This document shows, piece by piece, positions 42,271-56,547 of a stretch of DNA of 64,000 bases; positions within the stretch are counted from its first letter, which is position 1; every line of letters begins with the position of its first letter. A program made the position numbers and the translations under genes. The stretch is taken from contig OZ024746.1 in assembly GCA_964016885.1 (NCBI GenBank), positions 87,048,001-87,112,000 of the forward strand. Reading direction: 5' to 3'. The DNA comes from Eledone cirrhosa (lineage: Eukaryota). The notes under the pieces were generated by a model. It was not told the origin of the DNA. It searched no databases and saw only the letters and a list, made by a program, of their open reading frames with translations.

Positions 42271-43379
42271 ATTATGCTGTATGAATACAAATTTTCGCAA
42301 TAAAGTACACATCACAAAGCAGATAAATTTTGTTAGTGATTAGAGGAGTTCACAAGACACTAGGAATAAGTGTATTGTGTGTTCTTTGTTTTCAGTTATG
42401 ACAGTTAAAACAGTTATCAAATTTTCGCATATTTTGGGAAATATAAGTCTGTAGTTTGAATTTATTTACCATTTAGATCGAGTTTCTCACTGTCACCACA
42501 TAGAATTAACAACTAATCATCCATGTCTTTATGATTGTTTAGGTTTAACATTCGTCATTCGTAATTAATTGGTTTATGGTTAGGATAATATAAATTATTT
42601 TTATACATTTAATACTGTATGATAGAGCTTGATAGTTTGTAATGCTGATAATTACCTTTTGTGAGTTCCTATTCAAGAATTGTTTGAAATTTTGAGCAAT
42701 ACGTACAAGTTCTAGGAGACATTTCCCAACAGAGGAAATACTATTAACTACGCAATATATTATATTTCCGCTTTTAATTTTGAATCATTTTTCACTCATA
42801 ATGTTTAAATAATTTTACTTAAATCTCTTGATACCTAGTGTATTGTATTATAAGTTTCAATAAGGTTTACCTGTAATATATGCATTACATAAGATGGTAA
42901 TGTTTTACGAATACTTTCAATCAGTTGAAACTGTGTTAATGCTTGGAATGTATTGTTATCTAGATTAAAATCATACAAGTTAAAGCTAAACTAATTTAGA
43001 GTTACTACTTATGGAAATCTTTTCCTTCAATACATTAAATAACGTGATATCATTTTTAACAAGATTTCTGCATTTTCTCCATGGATGTTTCAGAAAATTA
43101 ATAAACCATAATCTCTGTGAGGTTTTTCTTGTAATGTTTAAACAAATCTAAATCAAAATTAGAATAATTAGAATATATAATCCAATGAAGTTTGAAATGT
43201 TTGCAGGAATGTTTGTTCATTAAAATATTCTGTACCATGTTTGTTTTTCGTCCATATATCATTCTGAAGACGAATGAAAATGATGAACAATTTAGTGTTT
43301 ATGATATTGAAAAATAATATGAATTACATTCTGTCTATTTCGAATATACCGCTGCCTAAATTAGTGGTCGTGGTAGAAG

Positions 43380-43850
43380 AAAGGTTTAAGGAACAATAGC
43401 AGACAAACACATACAATTATAAAGGGCAAACTCTCCAAGCATCGGTCGCTGTCCGACAGGTTTGCGGTCGTGCTCCTAGTAGTGGAGGCTTCTGGTGTCC
43501 TTGGCCCTAGGGCTACCTCCCTACACACCACCATATGCACTGAGCTGGCTAGCCGCAGGTGCGAGCCTCGCGAGATGGAATGGCTCTTCCAGCGCATATC
43601 CCTTACCATCCTCCGGGGAAACCCTTTCTCCATTTGGTCCTACGGGGCCGTGGGGCGGCCAGCACGTGGGACCCCATATGCTCACTATACAGCGAGATGG
43701 GGTGGGCGAGAGAGATGGAGTCAACGACAGTGGGAGTTTGGTTCTTTCGTGTTCGGATACATTTATCAATTCTATGTTGCTGGTGTCTATACAGATCTCT
43801 TTCTGTCTCTGACGTAAGCCAGGCCGTACTGGAAGATAAGCTGTAAATGT
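43380..43850 (+). mobile_element. CRE/SLACS-like non-LTR retrotransposon 3' fragment (end of the RLE domain)
   Basis: KLSKHRSLSDRFAVVLLVVEASGVLGPRA..CEPREMEWLFQRISLTILRGNPFSI resembles the CRE-clade F.P.AVET.G..GP.A...DPRE..WL.QRLS.AI.RGNA motif. GC-rich island. Confidence 0.7.
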
Positions 43851-43955
43851 TACTTCCGTGAATTGACCAGCTTTAGCAACCAGATATTGTTTAGTTTAGT
43901 CCTACCAAGTAGCTACTGATCAGTATCCACATGAGTATGATAAAGTATTTAATAT

Positions 43956-44144
43956 AATTGTTTCTACTTTAGGCCCAAGGCCAGCAATTACCCAGTGCAT
44001 TACTGGTACTTTATTCTATCGACCCCGTAAGGATGAAAGGCAAAGTCAACCTCGGTTGGATTTGAACTGAGATCGTAAAGGGACGTAACTATGCTGGAAA
44101 GCATGGCGTCCGACCCTCTACCGATACTGCCAATTCACCGCCCT
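43956..44144 (-). mobile_element. Family A SINE, short variant
   Basis: Consensus match with imperfect TSD (TATTTAATATAAT). Confidence 0.9.
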
Positions 44145-45240
44145 TTAAATATTTTAATATAATGATAGTTAACGTATCAAATTCATTATAAAGTAATTAA
44201 TTGTATGCCTTTAAAAGAGAATGAGGAGTGTTCAACTCTTCGAACTGTTTTCTGTCGTAAAGAAATTATGTGGAGATAATAGATTTACAATAAATTCTAT
44301 ATTTTGAAGGAATGCACAACTGAAGTATCTAGAATAAAGTGGTGTTTCCTGATAGAAAAAAGGTTTTCAGCCAAAGGAGTGAATGAGTGGGAACTTTGAT
44401 CTGATTCAGAACGTGACAGTTTTATTGATTCAAGTGACGCAAAGTGTGAGAATAGATTTTATTTTCTATAGATGTACTTTTCAGAGGGCGTGTCTTTTTG
44501 TGGAAGTTTTAGTTAGCATGTATGAATGTGCAGAATTAGGGGTGTACGGCTTTGCGATTGCTGTGTATATGGAATAATGTCATAAGATTCTATACCTAAA
44601 TTTGGTGCATCAAAATGTTTGCATATGTGAGAAAATGTGTGAGTATGAGGTGTGATGTGTATAGTCATGTGGGTACTGCTATATGAATGCAGCATAATAG
44701 TTCTATATTTGTATATAAGAGTGTGTAGATGTGATTAGTTTGTAAAACGTAACAGCACATCCACACGGGAGAATCAGGGTGAAAATGAGGTGCTGTAGCA
44801 GTAAGATCACAAAAAGACTGAAAAGCTTCAGATTGGCCATCGTATTGTATGCCACGCTAATAAAGATCATTATCATAGCGCAATTTATCCTTTCCCATAT
44901 CCTCTCCTCTACATCCATTAGTATATCATCTCCACACAATGCATCTATTCTATCTATCTCCTTCCAATGATTCACAAATCCAACACACACGGTCGCTACA
45001 AGTTTTCCACTTGCCAATTCCTCCCTTAACGCATCATAACCAGCTCTTCGCACCCTTAGTCACTGCTCTAACATCACACATCTGCGACCCTAACCACATA
45101 TTTAAATCATTTACCCTCCTTGGATTCTTTTGTTCCCTTCCCGCAAATTACAGCCACTCTATATATATCCGGACATTTCTATATATATATTTTTTTAATT
45201 TTGATGCCAGTACTTTAACTGTGCCCAATTGCTAGTTATA

Positions 45241-45368
45241 GTGGGTGGCCCAAAAGTTGAAATACATAGGATTTTTTTAAAAGTTTCCATATTTATTTAT
45301 TTTGAATAAATTGTTTCTTATAAAACCTATTTATATGTTTTATGTATCGCGACTTTTGGGCCACTCTG
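45241..45368. mobile_element. Tc1/mariner-type MITE of about 130 bp
   Basis: TIRs GGGTGGCCCAAAAGTTG and CGACTTTTGGGCCACTCTG, with TA flanks. Confidence 0.65.
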
Positions 45369-45457
45369 TACAAGTTGAGGCCCAAATATTTTGCAGCTGG
45401 AGGAAAAATATATGGGCCTGGCTGAAATGTTTGACTGCATTATTTTACTTTAAGAAA

Positions 45458-45560
45458 TCCCGCCGAGGTTAACTTTGCCTTTCAACCTTACGGGGTCGAT
45501 AAAATAAAGTACCAGTAATGCACTGGTTAATTGCTGGCCTTGTGCCAAAAGTAGAAACAA
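45458..45560 (+). mobile_element. 5'-truncated family A SINE with 18-bp TSD
   Basis: TTATTTTACTTTAAGAAA on both sides. The copy starts within the B-box. Confidence 0.9.
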
Positions 45561-46217
45561 TTATTTTACTTTAAGAAAACTGTCTCCTCACACACATTTT
45601 ACATTACATTAACTCCAATTCACATCCACAGACATACATCTTCCCCATTTCTTCTGCCCCTTAACACACAAAAACAATTAATACATTAACAAGAATAACA
45701 CAGTAGTAGACGCGTGCTTATACACACGCCTGCAATATTCATACTCACTACCATTTATGCATCAAAGGATTTACCTACTCACATACTGAACACATTTTTA
45801 CATCGCACCGAGCTAAAGTGAATAAATTATACGGACATGAAAACACATTCGATCTTATATAATTACGTAATTTCTATGTCAACTTCACAAAAGTATGTGC
45901 ACTTACACAATGCTTTATACATCTGCACACATAATTAACTTCATACAAAGTTACACGCATTTACAGAACATATTCTCGCACTGTAACCAGTTTGGCACCT
46001 TAAAATATACGCCCACATTATAAAATGCAAACTTATATATAAACAGTCTCAACCCTTTTTTTTATAACTCATTATACTATTCTTTTCTGCTATGAAATAC
46101 ATTCCCTTCTAAATACATCTGTAATTCATACAACAAGTAATATTATGGTTATTTCCACTGAACTTTCCCTTTCTTTTCTCCTGTTTTTAAGAATGAACAC
46201 GGTCACACAAGTTGAAC

Positions 46218-46266
46218 TCTTCTTCTTCTTCTTCTTATTCTTCTTCTTCTTCTTCTTCTTCTTCTT
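46218..46266. repeat. (TTC)n microsatellite
   Basis: Directly visible. Confidence 0.9.
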
Positions 46267-46847
46267 GCTCAACGAGGCCGGGGTCATCCTTAGCCAACGA
46301 TCCCAAAGTATCGTCATGCATAGACTTTTAGTTCATTTATTGTAGCGTAAAATTAATTAATTATTTTGTACATGTGGTTCTGTGATCATTGTTGGTCTTG
46401 GATATTTTGGGTTTTAATAGAATGAGCTAAGCAAGCTCTTATTCGATAAGATGGAATCATGTGAACATTTAATTTAGCTTCACAGAGATATTTCTAAATG
46501 GATTCACGATTGCTGTTCTATTATTCTGAATCAATTTATAGCTGATAGGTTATACAAAACCAATTTATAATTAATTATGTATCTTCCTTTCAGTTTTGTT
46601 GCTAATTCTATCTAAAATATATTTTCCTTGTGGTTACAAGTTCTGTTTATTTTGGCTTAATATTAGTTGCAAAGTTATTTTAAGAAATGTCGGCTAATGG
46701 TCCTGATGTTATAAAAGTATAAACGGTATTCTATCATCTATAGTTAGACGAAACGTTTATATTTTCGTCTTTACTGTTTCATGAACAATTCTAATTGTCT
46801 TAATTTATCAACTATTAGGAATACTGTTGGTTAGTAGGTTATTATAT

Positions 46848-47040
46848 GTCAGGTCGCTCTCAAGTGCTACTGGTAACATGTAACCCGGTACAACCAGTTT
46901 CACGGTCGCGTCGTCGGCGACTAAACCGGCAACCCCACCAAGCTAGCTTGGTGAGGAGGGTGATATTTGGGCACCCCGCAAAATAAAATACAAGACCCAG
47001 TAAAGGGCGGAGGAACTCAGCAGAGTCAACGGTCATCCAA
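46848..47040 (+). mobile_element. GC-rich fragment resembling a non-LTR retroelement 5' end, with a candidate HDV-like ribozyme
   Basis: GGTCGCT(46852)/GGCGACT(46916) and CCGGT(46885)/ACCGG(46925) pairings, plus a GTCG..CGAC-TAA motif. Confidence 0.3.
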
Positions 47041-47745
47041 ATAGTAGTTTTTTTTCTTTTTTCACCTGGGAGTGAAGGCGCCCCCCCCCCCCCCCAGTTG
47101 TTGTCACAGCACCTTTCTAGGAGAGGGATGATGTTGACTAGGTCTCCATTTCGGGTAGTGTTTTCGATGCTCAGAGAGTGTTAGGCCTTTCTCCACTTAA
47201 AACACATTTGAAGCACAGGCATTGCTTGTTCAGGATATGTTACAGGTTTGTGTGACTGGCCGTAGCCTGAAAGTACAGCAAACTCTATAATCTGACAAGC
47301 GATTACAGTACTCTTAGAAGAGTTTGCAGCCATCATATATCTGTTATAGCTTATTTCGTATGATTCAATTTAAAATGGTTTTTACAAATATTTTGTATAA
47401 TTCTGTGATATGCACAGGCTTCTCGCTAGTTTCTGCTGAAAGTGCTTTTAAATTCTGTTTTTAAAACTTTGAACACAACGATTGCGAAATATTCAATATT
47501 ATTTCCTGTTTGGATTCTGTGCAGAGCTTGGGGCATTCTCAGAGTTGATCATGATCAGCTAGAAAGAGTTAATATTTTCATTGGTACTTTGAATAAAGAA
47601 AATGCCTCATGCAATCGGGAGAAATGAAAAGTGATCGTACAACATTCATAAAGGAAAATGGAAATATATTATATATTTGTTCACTCTGGTAACTCTATCC
47701 TTACTGCACCAATATTTTGTAGTTATATCACAACGATTATATACA

Positions 47746-47891
<146 letters not shown>

Positions 47892-48430
47892 TACACACAT
47901 AAGGTGTGTGTGTGTGTATAGATGGATATAAAGAATATCTTGTACGTTTATACTTCAACTCAATGAATAAATTACCATTATGCGCATTTGCAAGATGCCC
48001 ACAAGTTATTTTATGAGAGAAAACCAACTAAGCGTCCAACCGTAATAAATGATTATTAACACCACTAATATCAGATGTGTGAGGGACTCCCTGCGACATA
48101 AGGTACATAAGCAAATGAATTCATCAGCATAAGTGTCTAGAAAGGTCAAGAATTGACTATCAGGCAGTTAGAAGTACTTTTGGACCAACTTCCATACTGA
48201 GAGCACGTCTACCAACACCCGGGAAGAAAGGTGGTGTTTACTAATATATGGGACAAGGAACATCCTTTGCCTTTTATCGTATCAACAAATTTATTTACCT
48301 GCAACAAGCATCTCGTGAAGACCAGCCCACCAAAATGAGTGGACAAATGCACATAGCAGTACCTATATTAAAAAATTGAATTCTATAAATTAGAATCCTG
48401 TTTACACATTCATTATTATATCAATACTAT

Positions 48431-48849
48431 AGGGAGGAGGATTGACAGTATCTGTAGTGCGCCAGACACCATGTTTTGCAACATAGAGTTACGGCCCTTT
48501 TACAATCAGAGTTCAAAACCTGCCGAGTTTGACTTTGCCTTTCATCCTTACGGGGTCGATAAAATAAAGCAACAGTAATGCGCTGGGATAATTGCTGGCC
48601 TTGTGCCAAACATAGAAACACATTTTATATCAATACTCTAAGTACACGACTCATAACATAGAAATAATTGTTTCTACTTTTGGCACAAGGCCAGTAATTA
48701 CCCAGTGCATTACTGGTACTTTATTTTATCGACCCCGTAAGGATGAAAGGCAAAGTTAACCTCGGCGGGATTTGAACTCAGAATGGCAAGGGCCGTAACT
48801 ATGCGTCAAAGCATGGCGTCCGACTCTCTACCGATACTGCCAATCCCCC
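48431..48849. mobile_element. Tail-to-tail inverted pair of family A SINEs (48431-48620 +, 48669-48849 -), each with its own TSD
   Basis: TSDs TTATATCAATACT (imperfect extension) and CTCATAACATAGAAATAAT. Confidence 0.9.
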
Positions 48850-49400
48850 CTCATAACATAGAAATAATCAACCGACGTAAAGTGCTTAAGCACGTTCTCA
48901 TCCGTGAATATGGATGGGCGTAAAGCAAAGAAATGGATGATGAATTAAACATTCAAATAAGGATATATAAACTCAATCCCATATATGGCTGCATGTATGA
49001 TCCACCTCACGCTGCTGAAACGCAGTCATGACTTCAGCGTCACCACGTTAATATTGCATTCACATTCTCTACGTATATGTGTGTGCGAGTTCAATCTCCA
49101 TGCGCATATATGTATATGTAACAACTGCATCCATTGTCTTATTACTACACTGTTATGTAGTATACGTCACACACACACACACGCACACACACACACACAT
49201 ATATATATCCATATATCCGGTTGTCTTGAACAACAACGCTGGCGTTGAGAGAGGAGACTGGCATGCATGGGCCAGTGTTGGTCTCCCACAAATAAACCTT
49301 GCACAGGCTTCTTCCTCGAAGAAGCGTTTTCCTGGTGTAAAATAATGATCACACACGACCGAGGGGGGCCCAATATACATATATACTGTATATGTAAATA

Positions 49401-49432
<32 letters not shown>

Positions 49433-49443
49433 TACACACACAT

Positions 49444-49475
<32 letters not shown>

Positions 49476-50175
49476 GCACTCACACACACAAGCACACATA
49501 CGTACACACATATACCCACATATATATATATATATATATATAGTTGTTATATTTACGGTATGTTTCTATCTTACTGTTTTAATTTTCATATTTTCACATT
49601 TTCGTATTTCATATTTTAAATTCGTAAATCATAATCTATTCACGTATTTCGTCATGAATATATGCAGCTGGTGGTCACTGGAATGAACGGAGATGTCTCT
49701 GTATGTGAAGACTGGTGCGGTTTTAACACATGCTACTACTTGATCCCAAGTATGGAAGTAGCGGGAGACATTACCACGATAGCCGCCATCGGCCATTATA
49801 TTCCATTAGATAAAGATAATTTTTCAGAAGTATCTAACCCAATAACCGCCATATCAAAGGTGGGAGGTTTGTGAAGAAATCCATAAATCAAGCAGAAAAC
49901 CCAATACAGAAAGCAATCGGGTAGTCGGGCGTTAATCAAACTTCCACTTCAATGCGTGCTAAAAAGTGTAAAACAGTGGAATTCATTTCATAAGCGGACT
50001 GGCTTTTATAAGTGCAACATCGAATACAATCCGTCATATATCAATAGCATGTATCCCCAAACAAATATATTCCCTAAGATGTAGTCTTATGAAGTCGTGT
50101 TAGTGATTGCAAGATAATGGCAATAGGTAATTAATAACCTCTACCACAGAAATACGTATTTCTGCAACATATATA

Positions 50176-50395
50176 ATTGTTTCTTATATAGGGACAAGGC
50201 CAGCGATATTTGTAGAGGGTAAAGTCGATTAAATCGACCCAGTGCGTAACTGGTCCTTTAATTTATCGACCACGTAAGGAGGAAAGGGAAAGTTAACCTC
50301 GGCAGGATTTGAACTCTAACTGTAAAAGGGCCGTTATTCTATGCGGCAAATCATGCAGTCTGACTCTCTAATAATACTGCCAATCCACCGCCCTT
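50176..50395 (-). mobile_element. Family A SINE, long variant
   Basis: Consensus match with flanks TGCAACATATATAAT and TGCAGTATATATAAT. Confidence 0.88.
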
Positions 50396-50599
50396 TGCAG
50401 TATATATAATAAAATGAATTATGTATATCCCATCCGCTTACTTTTATAGTTATGGTACGTACTCTTAAGCTTGGACTACCAAGCTAGATTTAAACGAATA
50501 GAAATGACGTCGGGTGCTTGATTTTAACTACATCATTTTCCATTGATTGGAATGTTGCAAACACAACCCCAGTTATTGAACACTTTATAATAAACATAC

Positions 50600-51970
<1,371 letters not shown>

Positions 51971-52883
51971 CAGAGGTTATATTTAATTTGTTGGGATTCA
52001 ACACGCTTAAACATTATTTTATGTATCTTTGCAGTTATTTGAGTTCTTAAAAAATCACTTCTAACTTCCTTTATACTTCCTTACTGTTTTTTATAATATA
52101 ATTAAGTAATAATTCCTTTGTAAACTCGTAAATTTTCATAAATTCGGAATTACTTGGGTGTTTAAGTTTTGAATTAATATAATTTTGCCAAACTTACTTT
52201 AATCAGATAGACTATAGTAGATTTTCTCTAATGTAAAATACTATATATTTATTTATATAATTTATAATCCATAACATACACATCTAAACGAATATATTAT
52301 TATTCATACATCCTAATATAATATAAATACTTCTGTTTTAATTTTAATTTTTAATATTAATATTAAATTAAATTTTTAATATTAAGGTAAATTTTAATCT
52401 TTAATTTTGATTTTTAATTTTTAATTTTTAATTTTAATTTGTTCAACTTATCATTATAAATATTATAATCACAACGTAATGAACCATACATTGTAAATAC
52501 TATTCTTCCACGTTCATCTTATTTCCTCTTTCACTTCTTCTTTCACTTAGATATATTTACGCTCTTCCATTAATATTTATTTCTTCGTTCACCTCTTGAG
52601 TATCTTCACTCTCACTTATGTATAATCGTTTTTTCTTTCCTCCTCTTTCTTTCTCCTTCCTTTTCTTTTTCTTTTTTCTTTTCTCTCTCCCTTACATATC
52701 CTTTTCTTCCAACAGTTTAATTTAAATAAACCGTTATCTTTTCAACTTTTTCGTCACTCATTTGCATACTCACTCATAACTTTGCATTACCTCAATAAAA
52801 TATTATCTCCACTATCCAGGAAGCTCCAACCGTTAAGGTTGTCTTTTTCCGGGTATGTCAATACTATTTATAAAACAAATCTG

Positions 52884-52949
52884 TATTTTATCTAATGAAA
52901 GCGCACCATAATTTGCCTTGGTTACCCTTGAAATATATATAATAAAATA
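52884..52949 (+). ncRNA. Degenerate type I hammerhead (G5A) in a pLTR-like remnant
   Basis: TATTTTAT-CTAATGA-AAG..ACCA..TGGT..CTT-GAAA-TATAT-ATA-ATAAAATA with an 8-bp stem I. The downstream tail resembles 16056-16107. Confidence 0.5.
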
Positions 52950-53000
52950 AATATGGTGTTTTAAATATAGTTTCCATTTATTATATATTGTATATATGTA

Positions 53001-53049
<49 letters not shown>

Positions 53050-53516
53050 TGTGTGTGTGCGCGCTTGTGCGTGTGTGTGCGTGAATGTGTAGGTGTATGT
53101 ACGCGAATGTGTGAGGGTTTTTAGTATTTATGTGGATATGTATTTGTGAATGTGTGTATTTGGGATTTTCAAATAGTAGGTTATTGATTAACGCAAAATA
53201 GTTACAATTGATGTATTATTGATTACATCTTTAAACATACTTTGGAAGCTAACCTTTTCAATATTCATATTCTAACTTTCTCAACATATGCACTCACATA
53301 TGAACACACACTGCCATATATGTGTGACTTATATACATGAACAGACAAAAACATACGCACACGCGCTCATATAAATATATATATATACACATCTTAACAA
53401 TACAATATGACAACCCCTTTGTGGTGGATTTGTTTGGAAAATGATAATGCATCTCACATTTTCAGTCAATTAAAACCTCATCTATATCTCTACATCAATC
53501 TAGCAATCAATATCTA

Positions 53517-53568
<52 letters not shown>

Positions 53569-53640
53569 TCTGTGCCCCCCCCCCCTCTCTCTCTCTCTCT
53601 CTCTATATATATATTTATCTTTCTATTATATATCTATTGA

Positions 53641-53828
53641 AGGGTGGTGGATTGGCAGTATCGGTATATGGTCGGACGCCGTGCTTTCCAGCATAGTTAC
53701 GTCCCTTTACGATCTGAGTTCAAATCCCGCCGAGGTTCACTTTGCCTTTCATCCTTACGGGGTCGATAAAATAAAGTACTAGTAATGCACTGGTAATTGC
53801 TGGCTTTGTGCCTAAAGTAGAAACAATT
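53641..53828 (+). mobile_element. Family A SINE, short variant
   Basis: Consensus match. Confidence 0.9.
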
Positions 53829-54817
53829 TTATATATATTGATCTACATATTTAGATATATATCCCCATCTCTCTCCCCCTTTCTCTCTACCAGTTTTAAT
53901 CTATCCATCTACCTATCTATGGAACTAATTCCCTCCCCGTCTATATATGCTTCTTTGTCAGTCAATCTATAGTTATTATCCTATGAGCATTTATGGATAT
54001 TTGTTCAGACCATGTCAACAATATCAACAAGATAGCCAGATAGAGACATTTGGAAGAACAATGTAATGGTAGTTTAGCTGAGATAATATTTTATTTAAAA
54101 TAAGTGTGTGCAGGGAGTTTTAAGCCAGACATTGTTATGTTACACGGTTAAGTGTCAATGAAGATTCATAATCCTGAAAATTGTTTAGACGGTTCAGGTG
54201 TTTACTGCTGGTGATTACATCTTTCACAGCGCCTAGCTAGGTCTCATTTTCATTTGATGGTGAGCGATACTCATTTATCGATCGTCTTCGTTGTGTTGTA
54301 GTTGATAAATGTCTACTGTTTAGGAAAGGGAATGAATTGTATTATGAGAAATTTCAGTATTCTTTTCTGCTGTACCAAAAAAACAGCTAGTTTATTTCAT
54401 TGGTAATAAGAGTTATAATAAGGTTTATGTGATCGTATTCATAGCTAATGATTTACAAGTATCTAATTGCATGGCATTAGCAGCTAATACCCACACACTA
54501 ATACGACGTTTAATAAATAATAATATGTTCATATATTTCAATCAAAAGGGATCGACTCCTATGTCATATTTATTTCTACACTAGTTAGATTTACATATTT
54601 CTAATTATATATATTACACGTTGGAAATCTTGACTGGATGGTTGCATTAAATTGGACAATTTAAAGATGCCCAATTATTCAATGTTGGTATTAGAGAGTG
54701 CGAGGAATTATGTTTAACTCACCAGAATATGTATACATATTTGGGAAAATTCCTGCAATGAATTAGATGGATGTTTTTGATAATCGACAAGAGAGTTAGA
54801 GAGAGAGGGAGAGAGAG

Positions 54818-54848
<31 letters not shown>

Positions 54849-55210
54849 GAGTGAGAGAGTGTGTGTGAGAGAGAGAGAGAGAGAGAAGAACGGAACGTGC
54901 GCAGAGTCTGTGTGTGCTTGTCGCCATCAGATATCTATTTATCCAAGAGACGATGTCACGGATAGATAATTAATTAGGATACTAGATATATAATATTTTA
55001 TAAGAATTAAATAAGGTCTGTGATACGTATTTATTTATTTTAATATCATACAATCAAATAAAAGAATACAATGCAATATGATAACATAAACAAATTATAT
55101 TATAACAACATATACAGAAATTTCGAAAGAAATACGATTTTAGGAAGCCGTAGCTAAGCGATGAACGGGGTTGTCCAGTAGAAGCCAAGGTGGGGGGGGG
55201 GGGGGGGGAA

Positions 55211-55252
55211 CTGTCTTTGCATTTCAGGCTTCACTGGCCATCGTCAGAACGA
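55211..55252 (-). ncRNA. Degenerate minimal hammerhead
   Basis: Minus strand reads CGTT-CTGACGA-tGGCcagtgaaGCCt-GAAA-TGC-AAA-GAC, with palindromic TGCA in stem III and U16.1 lost. Confidence 0.5.
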
Positions 55253-55766
55253 TCCCTCCCACTGCTCTGCGACTGTTGGACATGAAATCACCCGAGAATA
55301 TATGGTTTTCTCGTCTGTGTAAATGAGGTGATTAATCTCATTTGATTATGAAGCTGCTAAGGGTGAGAAATGAAATTTCGTTTCATTTTTTCAGTTTATC
55401 ATTTTAGGTGCGCCCTGCCGATTAACTCACTCGATATGCAAATTAGGCTGCTCAGCCGTTAATATGCATAGGGAAAGTATATACTTTCAGACGTTCAATC
55501 ATCTGGCAGGAAGGTATACGTTTCTGACGGTAGCTAATAAGCTTGAAACTAGTACGGCGTTCCTTTGTCAGTGTTGAACAAATGAGAAACGATGGTTGCT
55601 AGAGACTGTACGGCTTAATTCGGGATGTTTGTTTACAAACACACCGAGCATTATAATAAATGTTCGGTGAATCCATACGTACATATATATATGCGTGCAT
55701 GTATGTATATATATATACATACTACTGTACGTCTGTATACATATATCTAAGTACGTTTACATACTT

Positions 55767-55822
<56 letters not shown>

Positions 55823-56165
55823 CCCTCGAAACGACTTGAGTTCTGCCGTCGGCGTCTTGAACATTTTCCTATATATATATATATTTTTATACTTTGGTGG
55901 GAGGGTCGTGTTGCCGATAATAACACACGCTTCTGTTGGTTTTCACTTTAATTTAGTATACATTTCCGTTAGTTGGTTGATAAACAGAAGGTTGTTTATA
56001 TATTGTCAAAACTCTTTTGTCACACATTCTGAGATAAAATGGTGTAGGTCAGAACAAAGGATGGACACACAAAATAAAAACCTACTCACTGTGGAGGTCA
56101 CGGAACATTTGATGAAAGAGCTTTGACAATTTACAAACAACCTTCCGGTTATCGAACCAATTATT

Positions 56166-56223
56166 ATACAATGAACATTTCAATAACCGGGTTCAGTATG
56201 AATCCGGTGACATCATCAGGTAT
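56166..56223 (-). ncRNA. Type I hammerhead, inverted partner copy
   Basis: The reverse complement reads ATAC-CTGATGA-TGTCACCGG..CCGGTTATT-GAAA-TGTTC-ATT-GTAT. Confidence 0.65.
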
Positions 56224-56391
56224 TCGAAATTTAACAAAGGAATATAATAGATACAATCCATGGGCTGAACAGGCAAAGAGACAAGACGGCGACCACACAC
56301 TAGAAACTGCTATATGTTTGGTCACCTTCTTGTCTGTCTGCCTATTCAGCCCCATGGGTTGTGTCTATTATATTCCTTTGTTATATTTCGG

Positions 56392-56449
56392 ATACCTGAT
56401 GATGTCACCGGATTTATACTGAACCCGGTCATTGAAATGTTCATTGTAT
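56392..56449 (+). ncRNA. Type I hammerhead with intact core
   Basis: ATAC-CTGATGA-TGtcACCGG..CCGGTCAtt-GAAA-T-GTTC-ATT-GTAT. Confidence 0.7.
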
Positions 56450-56492
56450 AATAAACGTTTAAGGAATTACACCAGTCCTGCCTCCTGTTATT

Positions 56493-56547
<55 letters not shown>

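Larger units (their letters stand above)
56161..56454. repeat. 294-bp imperfect fold-back palindrome with a hammerhead motif in each arm
   Basis: Arms 56161-56299 and 56314-56454 are reverse complements with scattered mismatches. Confidence 0.92.

Noticed and set aside
49662-49874. 70-aa ORF in moderately GC-rich sequence
   Set aside because: No recognisable domain or convincing splice context. It cannot be called without a search.
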